DNA of 63,622 nucleotides, filler included, from Streblomastix strix (taxonomy: Eukaryota): assembly GCA_008636045.1 (NCBI GenBank). It is 2 parts of 2 records of this genome, joined end to end, with 100 filler letters (N's around TTAATTAATTAA, not from the genome) between each part and the next. Parts side by side here need not be neighbours in the genome. Positions count along the whole stretch, not along the records: positions 31,890 to 63,622 come from SNRW01000078.1; 1 more part is not named here. The stretch is one strand, 5' to 3'. The notes beneath the pieces were generated by a model. The model saw only the letters and a program-made list of their open reading frames with translations. It was not told the DNA's origin and searched no databases. Shown in pieces: positions 53,487 through 63,622 of this stretch. How positions within the stretch are numbered: the stretch's first letter is position 1; every line of letters begins with the position of its first letter. The position numbers and the translations under genes are program-made.

Positions 53487-55587
53487 ATGAACAGTTCATT
53501 ATCGTAACAATAAATCCGAACTGTTCGATTGCTCATTACTAACGATATAGCTTACTATATTCAATATTAGAAACGAGGTAATTCTAGTGATGGATTGATA
53601 TCAAATGAAAAGTTTCAATTATTCATTGATAATAACAATGCATTAGTCTACGCCGCTAATAATTAAATCATTGATGGAATAACATCAGATTACGAATTAA
53701 AAATAGAACGTAATGGACTATTAATTGTAAATAATTTGAAAGTGATTAATTTTAATTTTGTTTCATAAATTAATTAGTTGATTAATTAAGTGAATTTATT
53801 ATAATAATCTATTGCAACAACTGAATAGGATATAACCGATATAAAAAATGATATTGATTCCATTAATTAAGAATTATCAAAATAAACACATTTCCTAGGA
53901 TTTTATTTATTGAATACAGATATTTATAAATTTACCAAAATTCCGCTAATAGAGATTTTTCATTTAGTGCTGAAAGTGGGACAGTTTGGATGTATGATTA
54001 AAATTAGTATAATAGTGGATATATAGTTCCAGATCAAGTTTCGCCTGCAAGTGATGCAACTCCAATATCTGATGGTACAGCAACTGCAGGAATTAGCACA
54101 GAATATTCATGTGGAGATTATATGCATTTATTAAATATAGCTACTACTATTACGCCTAGTGATTCTGCCAATGGATCTGTTGGTACAACTAATTATTATG
54201 CTAGATCTGATCACTCTCATCCAATTAATATAACAACATCAATACCTCTTCAAGATAGTGCTAGTGGATCAATTGATACAACTAATTATTACTCTAGAAA
54301 CGATCACTTACATCCAATTAATGTAGAAACTAATGCTTCAAATATTCCAATCGTTAATGGTGTTGGATTTAATGGAAGATCAGCATTTTTACGCTAGAAA
54401 TGATCATGTTCATCCATAGTAATTAACATATGATGGAAACATTACAGAGACTAGATTTATTAAAACAGGAGTACAAATCAATAAATATTAATGACTGATG
54501 GAACAAATAAACAAATAACAGATTTTAATTCAAATATTGTATCAAAAAAGTACTAAATCAATCCTGATAATGGTATATATTAGTATTGTCTTGCTGTTTT
54601 GACAATACCTGATTATACATTTGATTAATCATTTTGATGTACTATTGATATTAATAATACTTTTTTTCATTAGTTATTTTATCAACTTAAGTGAAATCTT
54701 AGAATATTGCTAGAATTTAGAAGGTAATTTGAAGTTACTCAATTTGTTTCAATATATACAGATTTTATAATATGTGTTGATATATCTGAAACATCACATA
54801 TTTTGAGATTCTATATGAAATCATTTTAAATATCTTATTATATTCTTTAGAACATTAATTTATCATAATTCTCAGATGCAAATGTTCGTGATAATTTTAA
54901 ACTATTAGATAATATAAACTATTAAAATATAACTCCTGATACATTACCAACTGGTTCATAATTTGCAGTTACAGCCGAATAAAATCAATTCTTTAACAAA
55001 GGAGGAATAATTATTGGAGATGAATAAATTAATCCAATATGTAATAATTATAATTAAAGTATAAGAATATCACAGTCTCCTAATAGTGAATACAGTGGAA
55101 TTTTTCTGGGCTGTTGTTCAAATTTAACTACTGGACCATAAGAAGGTTTGTGGAGTATATTAACACCCCCAGTTGTGAATTAAAGATAGTGGTTAATGTA
55201 TAAAATGAACAGGCAAATTAAGGATCACTAATATCAGCAGATGGAAAAGCATTATCTTTCAATGGGAATATATTCATTGATTTTTGAACTGATTAAACAA
55301 TTACTGTTAGAAAAACGTTTAATAGTATATTTTAAATAAATCCAATTGATGATAATTTTAATTAAGGAATAAGAATATCGCGCGCTGCCGTTTATAATTA
55401 TAGTGGAATTTATCTTGATTGTAGTCCCATATCAACTGGTGGAACATTATCAAATTAGTTGAGCATAATAAATACACCTACTTTTGAATTTAGGATTGGA
55501 GTTGGTGAATAAATTGTTCAGGATAATAAAGGACTAATGATATCCGCTGATGGAAATATATTAACTTTCAATAGAAGAACACATTGA
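53487..55587 (+). pseudogene. Viral fibre-like protein 2 with phage tail-fibre HxH repeats
   Basis: N-terminal coiled coil; repeats YARSDHSHP, YSRNDHLHP, ARNDHVHP; TDQTITVRKTF; two C-terminal repeats (IRIS..YSGI.L.C..ISADG..L.FN); TGA 55585-55587; several frameshifts. Confidence 0.7.
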
Positions 55588-56727
55588 TAGTAATTTATTT
55601 TTGAAATAAAGGTAAAAAGCTATAACATAACCGATCAAACAATTGTTTAATGAATTCATCAAATTACACTTCGAAGACAATGATACAATTAAAGTTACAA
55701 TTGAAGCATTATAAAATTTTCTAAAGAAAGATGTAAAAGAATCAATCCATCCATACTCTAAGAATTACTGAGAATCAATAAAATGTTTACTAATCAATAG
55801 CAATAATTATAAAATATAAAGAAAATAGTTGATAAAGAGGATAATAAAAATAAGTTATTTAATGAATAAGATAAGTACTTCAAAACTAAATACTTATTAA
55901 TTAAAAAATCATTAGATCTAAACAATTAATCATAACAAATAAAGAAATACATTATCTCTGAAGCTAATGTAGAAGAAAATTGGATTTACTATTAATTTGT
56001 GAATGATAAATAATATAATAAATTTGTCAATTACTATTAACTTAATTTAAAACAATAAAATTGTTGATATATTAAACGTACCTAATTATCTCTTCAATTT
56101 TATCTTACATTGTTTCATCGAAAGTATAATGATTTTTGAATTATTCATACAATTATTTTTCCTCTATTGATAGATCATTTATTTCGATTAATGCTTCAAA
56201 TATTTTGAAAATCTCATAACAAGTCGCATAATACTATAAGCCAATGTTTGTAGCCAACTAATATATCTGTAAGATCAGGCAACTTTGTTGCTAAAGTTAT
56301 TCCATTTCATATGATTCAAACAATTTATTTTGTTGTTTAATTTAACATTTTAAGATACAAAATATATATCTCCAATGAGTTGCCAATTCCAAATCATTAT
56401 TTGATATTGCTTCGTTCGAAAATGTTTCAATTTATTCTACAGATAGCTATTATCAATGTATTCTTGGCTAATTTTTATCTATTTTCCTTTTGCAAAAGAA
56501 TTTTATTATATAAATCGTTATATTTAATGGAACCATTACTGAATCAAAATAACTCCATAAAATCTTTTCTACTTTAACTATATCCATTAATTTATTAGCA
56601 ATTGATATAGATATAATTGATGATAAAAAATAAACTCCATAGTACATGTAATTCATCAAGTTAATGATAAAACTTAAAATGTTGCAGCTTTGCTGCCGTA
56701 CGATAGTACACATTTATTATTTTTAAA

Positions 56728-57746
56728 ATGACTTTATAAGAATTATAGGATATAACATTTACGAACTAAGATCTATTGAATGAATATAAAACTAAGCCAT
56801 TAACGAAGAATTCATTGTTCTTTATTAATAGTAATCATTATATTGTTGCAGCTGTTGGAAGTGGTAAAACAACATTAATGTGTAAGCTAATTGTGATATA
56901 TAAAAAAGCAATTGATCCATTCATATTATACTTCTCGAATTATGATGCGAATGAAAATATGGCTTTAAACCTTAATATTAAGATCATATAATTAACTGAT
57001 GTAATTTTTGGAGAAGCAATGATATTTCAACCTGAATTTGATGAGATGAAATACATAACTAAGGAGATATACATTTGGTATAAATGAAAGAAGAAAAATA
57101 ATCCTATACTAGTGATTTCATTAAGCGAATGGAAGAATAAATATTATAAGCTAATGAGATTAAAAAGAATGAAGAACCTAATGATAATCTTAATTGAATT
57201 GTTGAACTATTCAAATAAAAAGTAATCGAAACCATTAATACATATAGTTAACCAATCAAGATATTGAGATTCGATATCCCTGCACTAGTACAAAATGTTA
57301 GTAACTAAAAGAAATACAAAATAGCGGATGATGATTAAAATGCTGATATAAAAATAATGAAAATACTTATATTAGAAAAAGTTTAATTACTCAATACATT
57401 AATGTTATTCGATGACAATGGATCTAATACAGATATCTAGCGAATTAGTTCATTACTATCTAAAACAATAACACATCTCATTAATGATTCTCGTCATTCA
57501 AAAAACACTATTTTCTTTATTGCATAACGTCCTATTTATTTGTTTAAGACAGCAAGGATATTAACCAATGTTAATTGCATAGGCGTTAATCTAGGAGAAA
57601 CTGATCTAAGATAAGTGTACGATGAAAATACGATATAAAATTTAGATTTTGATCAATTCCAATTATAAAAATATACTTTAAAGAAATATGAGTTTATCAT
57701 ATTGAATAAGTGGATGGGGAAATTTGAGATTCTCAAAAATAAATGA
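56728..57746 (+). pseudogene. A32/FtsK-HerA family DNA-packaging ATPase
   Basis: Walker A IVAAVGSGKTT, Walker B LMLFDD, Arg-finger DSRH, sensor TIFFIAQ (Q = TAA); internal TGA and frameshift. Confidence 0.88.
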
Positions 57747-57759
57747 AAGGAATCTTCAT

Positions 57760-60700
57760 TCAAATAAATAATCCTTAGCAGTTAATCCATACATAAATGG
57801 ACAGCATGACTGATTCGCTAGCTCGATCATTTTATCGTGAATTTCTGTGATTTCATTTTTTTCGATAGCTAATTAACTCATCTAATGATTCTTCTAGACC
57901 AATCTCATATTATAACATTTCACTATCATACATTCATTAGCACAATCGACTATCTAGTATTTAGTGATTTTATTAGTCATCTAATTAACTCCTCTTAATT
58001 TTATTTTTGAATCATCGCAAAAAATTCTAGAATTTAATATAATATTTAGGAGCTAATGCAATCAATGATGGACCTTGTCGTTCGATCGCTAATCCAAGGA
58101 TTTTCTTCTCATCATATATGTCTGATTTAATCGTTGGGAAGAAATATTTAGCATTATCGTTATAAAAATCTCGATCTTTAATTATAGCATTAAATTATTA
58201 AGTAAAATCTTCATTAGAATTTCCACTAATTGACCAATAAGCAGAATCAGTATCTCCTTCTATAAAATATATTCTATCCATATCTAAACATTTATACATG
58301 AAGTTATATATCAAATTTAGATACCAATATTTAGCATTATTAAATACAAAGAATGCAACTTATGAAGTAGTTTTACAACAGCAATGCTCTGGATTCATTT
58401 AAACAAGATAATTGTCTTCTGATATTTTTTGTTCGTCCATGAACGCATTAGATCTAATAGCTTTTTCTGTTTACTTTCTATTCATTATTTTAACTTTATG
58501 ATATTTCTCTGTATTCATTCCATCACTACCATATGAGCTATTCATAATTATCTTAAAGAATTATTCTTATCCTTTATTCTTATCTAATTTTGTTTCAATT
58601 CTGTTTTAGTAAATTCCTTAATAAATGAGTTGAATTAATCATGATTATTGAATAGCACTATCTATTTCACATCATCTATAATAAAATGACAATCATTAAT
58701 TAAGAACCATAAATAGTATGAACTAAATGCCAAATATTCTCCCATCGTTGATGATAAATTAGTTAGCTTTCTTTATTTTTGATCTGCTTTAATCGTATTG
58801 TCTTTCATGTGATTGAACATATATGATCCGAAAGTTCTTTCATCAGTTGTGAATTCATAATTTCTTAGAATAGCTAGGAAATTAATGAAATCGTTAACAA
58901 CATTGTTGCTGGAACCATAGGTGCTAAGGTAATTCTCTTAAATATTACCTTTGATTTCTGCAATGAATTATTGACCATCTTCTGTGAATCTCTTTTTAAT
59001 ATAAATTATTTGTTATTTTGTTTACTTTTAATGTACAGTTTCTCCTTCAATCTTACCAGTTTACGATACATACAAATACATTTTACCTCCTGTATACATA
59101 ATAAATTTATGAGGCTCTGATGACATAACACTATAATATAAGGAATTGAAATCAACATCAATTACATGAGTTATTCGATGATCAGTTGTTAAAACAGTTA
59201 TTTTCTTGGCTTCTCTGTTATAATATAATCGTTTTATAAAATCAATTCCTGATATATTAACTCTATGCATTACATTTGAAAATCCTCCTGTGATCCATTT
59301 TCTGATTAAATGATATACATCAATATCTGTAAGGTTAGTCGGTAAACATCTTATCATGCAATATTTACGTAATTATATGAACAATTTACCTATATTTTTA
59401 TCTTTATCCGAGCAGAAGCAATTGCAATATAAGCAGCAAGGTAAAACATTATCTTTTGAATGACCTATTGAATTATCGATTCTATCTAGTGTTGGTTTAA
59501 TGGCAAAAGTGAATTTACATCCGCAAATGCTGCAATTAGAATATATGAGTAATTGTTTGAAATATTCGAAATCCTTATTTTAAACGTTATTTGTTGTGTC
59601 TCTTCATTAATGTTTATCTTATAATTGATTTCCCCGTATTTTATTTTACCAATAGTTCTCTGTTAAGTAAAATTTCTATGAAAAATCTTCAAAATTTGAA
59701 TATACTCCATTAATGTCAAAATCCTCATAGGCTATAGCATATTTGATAGCGTTAGAGCATGCTACTATACTCATAAAACCAAACATATCAATCTTATATA
59801 TAAATTGTAAGCTAATTAATGTCATTAATGGTTTGATCATTATATATGTATCTTACTCATTATAGTATTGTAAATAGTTCCATGTATCTTTAAATCGTTT
59901 TGCATCTTTTAGATAAACTTAATAATCCTTCTAGCTAATTTTAGTATTCTTTAATGATGAGGTGAAATCTTCCATCGTAAATGGTTCTGATTTACTTAGT
60001 ACTTCATTAACGTTGTCAGTTTTGAAAGTTACATATGAAAATAGGCCTTTTTTTATCATCATATCCGTCACCAAAATTTTTTGCTGCTTACTTTAATTCC
60101 ATAGGTTATAGATACATTAACATGTCAAAAAATTTCACTTTCAAATTCAATTTCTTATGATGCACAATTATTTGTTTTGCTATTGTAGGGCTACCAATAT
60201 AATTACTGATTATCCAATCTTTGCATTACATATGTGATATGATTAATGATATATCAGATCTTGAGCTATTGAATCCAATTATTGGTACTTCTATTGAATA
60301 AGGAACTGTTTCATCAATTGTACAAGCTTCTGTGATATATTAGTTATCTGCATTAACTTACTCAGCTTCTTTAAACAATTAATGTAACCATCAAACTATA
60401 AAATCATCTCCATCCTATTAGTTAAAGAAAATTTTCTTAATTCATTATTTGTTACGAATAGTTGATGCAACTGATAAAGGAAGTAGTTCATACATTTAAT
60501 AGCTTGATTTACCGAACTATTTATTAACGATTTTAGGTATAGTTTTAAGTTCGCATGTGATGAAGTATTGTGAAGGTTTAAATTCATGTTATCTTCCATT
60601 TGCTAATGGATATTGATAAGTTTTATTCTGCATAATGTGTGGAACAAATAGCTTTTAGATATAATCTAGTTTAACTTTCTTAACTATTTTTCCTTCGTTA

Positions 60701-62433
60701 TTCTCACATTTTATAATGTGTTTCTCATTGTCTCTTGAATAATTTTTATCTTTAGGATCAAACACTTTTGAGTTACAATATGGTCAAAATTTTAATCCAG
60801 TTAATGCTTATTTATTTGCAATGGAAAAAGTATGTGATATCTTATTTCCTTCTCAAATCGATTCAATAACTAATATATCAATAGTTTTAATCTTAGCAGA
60901 GTTCAAACCATCGGTTTCTTAAAGCAAGGTTGTTTTGTTTTGTTAGTCAATTTGAGCAGAGCTCAGACCTATGGTTCCATCTTAATAGAATATCTACAGT
61001 CTCTTATAATAATTCTTATGTTCATTATCGTAATGGTAAATGTCTTAGTTAATTTTTAACTTTTATGAAACTATATTAGCGTATTTAGTTATGTCTAATC
61101 CATCAAATACTTTCAATAAATCAGTCTTTTTTTATTTTTTGAATCGAATTATAGCTTTAATACTTAAACTAAATATTCTCTACTAATGCTAATAATTGAT
61201 TCACTTTTATAGCGTTTCTCTTTGTTGTCAGAATGTAATACTTTAGCTCTTGTTTCCATATAACAATTGTTATTATATTCAATATTTTTATAAATAACAT
61301 TTTTACGATCATTACAACGAAAATCGATTAATTCTTTCATACTAGCTCCAACAATTTATGGCTAAAGATTAAATGTTTTAATCATCATTGGATAGATAGC
61401 TATGTATCGTAACCATGAACCATCTAGTGTATAATTCTAAATGTTTATTTTCTCAGATTTAATGTATTGTTCATATTCATCAATATCATCTTCAGATCAT
61501 ATAAGTTTTGGAACATGTTCTTGTATACGAGTCTCTCTAGGTAATATATCCATAATCAACATAAACGAAATCGTACTAATCATACTTATATTCCTCGTAA
61601 ATGACTTCAAAATTAAATTACATCTTGAATACTTAATGGTGTTATTCTTTATGAACTTTTTCAATAAACTACTCAAAATCTCTTACTGGATTAATAACAT
61701 TTTAGTAATGTAATAGGCTAAGTTATCCATTTGGCCCTGTTTATTCTATTGTGCGTTCACGGTCAAATCCTTATCTTGCACCATAAACTGTAGCAGTAAA
61801 TTATTCCATATTCTCGAGAAGAAAAAATAATAGTGTACCTGCATTAATATTTAATAATGTAAAATTTTTTCCTTTATATTTAATAATTCTATCTTTAATC
61901 TCTTTATTTTGTATGATAGTTATTTAATATTGTAGATTCACTTCATATTCTTCATCCATAATTCATTAAGCTTATTTTTGTTCTTTAATGATATAATCAG
62001 TCCAGAATTCATTAACTTATTGTTATTCTTATTCTCTACGATATTCACATAAATCTTATTCATATTAATTTGAATGATACTGAGTTAAATCTTTATGAAA
62101 TTATCTATTCAATTCTTATAAATCATCATAGTATATATCCGCTTATTGTTATAATTATTCTCTACGATATTCAAATAAATCATAATCATATTGATTCTAT
62201 TTGAAATGATTAACCAAATCTTTAGATTTGACAATTTACTGATTGTGTTTATACACTTATTTTAGATTTACTATTAAATCCCTATGGTTATTTCTTCCTC
62301 GTTTCTTATAATTAATTTTGTCTAAATATTCATTAGGTTAATTTTTAAGTTAATTTACATTTAATTAATCATTAATGGTTTTGTTATTGATTTTGAGTAG
62401 TTTGATTAGCTCTGCTTTCTTTAGATAAGACAT
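57760..62433 (-). pseudogene. Protein-primed family B DNA polymerase (pPolB), degenerate, with inserted HNH module
   Basis: ExoII IIGFNSSRSD (~60270), ExoIII YYNEQD (~59860), ITGG..DVDFNSLY (~59150), KIIMNSSYG (~58540), IEGDTDS (~58250), N-terminal NNNCYME (~61265); many frameshifts; 5' limit uncertain. Confidence 0.92.
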
Positions 62434-62467
62434 TTTGTTTAAAATAAAAATAATTTATTTAGACAGC

Positions 62468-63622
62468 TCATTAAAATTATATCCAGAAAAGTAAATTATT
62501 ATAAGAATCCATATATTGCATTGGTATATTTCGTCCAAAGTTATCATATAATGTAAAACTGATGATTTGCTCTATACTACAAGACATTACTGACTCATCA
62601 TATTCAATCCCCGTAATACTGGTGCATCAACCAAATTCTATTTGAAATTTATATTTGAGAATTCATTACCGCCTGTTACTTAAAGAGTTATTCTTTATAA
62701 TTAATTAGATACACAAATTATCAGCATTTATGAATACTCTAAAAAATTCCCGATATATGACAGAATATTAAAAGATCAACTTCTAAGCTTACATTATCAT
62801 TTTTAGTTTAATAAAACTATACTTTGAGATCAATTTATTTAATAGTTGATGACAAATTAACTAAGTAATTGGCTCCATTTTCGTTCTATCCATCATATAG
62901 ATCTTATCCACCAACTAACTATACGTATAGATTTGGAGATAAAAGTATACGATTAGCAAACCAATATACGTTATTTTAATAATAATTTTCGCTTATATCT
63001 TTAGGTACAAATTAGCTATAGTAATTAGTTCTTCCAACTGCTGTGTAAATGCTTTCATATTCTTTAATACAAAGTGCAGGTAATGAATTGATAATTCTAA
63101 CTGGAAATGTGTTAATGTTATTAATGATTTATTACATTGTTTATTGTTATACATTCACTGGTTATATGTCAGTTGTTGTAAATGTTCCATTAGGATTTAC
63201 ATCAACTTATTTACAAAATAAGTATCGTACTGATAATCCATGTCCTGTAAAATTCTTTGATTCTATAGTTGTTATGTGGTTATTTGATATTGGGCAATAT
63301 AATCGTATTAATCCAATCACTCGATATGCAAAATTAACTGCTGTATCAAATATTCTATAATTGCAGAGAAACGCTTCGATTCTAAGGTTAATGTAATTGA
63401 TTGTTGAATTTATTAAATCTTACCCATAATTCTAGTTTAATGAGAACATATTATTCTATAATTTTTAAACATGTTCGTTAGTTGCATTATTAAAACATAT
63501 CGCTCCACTATTCAAAGTTGATTATGTCCTAAAATATTTCTCAATTGTATCTGTAAAATTATCATATTATGTCAGTGTTAAGAATAGTAATTATGGATAA
63601 GATTTAATAAAATCAACAATCA
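62468..63622 (-). pseudogene. Putative minor capsid (penton) protein, 5' end outside window
   Basis: Beta-rich ORF ending EY..IEQIISFTLYDNFGRNIPMQ, resembling the C-terminal IxIxLxDxxGRxI motif of Polinton/virophage pentons; TGA 62470-62468. Confidence 0.55.

Larger units (their letters stand above)
47640..63622. mobile_element. Endogenous Polinton/adintovirus-like virus, copy 2 (>16 kb, runs off the window, degenerate)
   Basis: Contains pPolB, A32-like ATPase, MCP and penton candidates and fibre-like genes; intronless; boundaries and TIRs not visible. Confidence 0.92.

Noticed and set aside
54040..54420. CRISPR-like array or diversity-generating-retroelement TR/VR pair
   Set aside because: The repeats are codon-degenerate protein repeats (RxDHxHP) without unique spacers or adenine-specific differences, and no RT or cas gene is present.
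1..63622. Most short ORFs in the supplied ORF track
   Set aside because: They were called with TAA/TAG as stops. They are fragments of longer TAR=Gln genes, antisense shadows or intron read-through.

Overview
AT-rich eukaryotic (protist) DNA that only reads through if TAA/TAG = Gln and TGA is the sole stop. Spliceosomal introns are short and AT-rich. Code, intron style and gene families best fit an oxymonad such as Streblomastix (inference). The window is two ~31.8 kb contigs joined by an artificial N44-TTAATTAATTAA-N44 spacer (31790-31889). Host genes: ARP2, an Arf-like GTPase, a NEDD8 E2, a SPRY-like gene, AP-1 gamma adaptin (truncated), PIP5K, CHMP1/Did2, kinesin-5 and three members of an expanded ARM-like family. 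Main discovery: each contig ends in a decaying copy of the same endogenous Polinton/adintovirus-like dsDNA virus family (~25.2-31.8 kb and ~47.6-63.6 kb), written in the host's TAR=Gln code. The more complete copy encodes a protein-primed PolB with an inserted HNH module, an A32-type packaging ATPase, candidate major and minor capsid proteins, an adenovirus protein-VI-like amphipathic peptide and two phage-tail-fibre-like genes. One fibre carries a different C-terminal domain in each copy. All translations were done by eye and no database search was possible.
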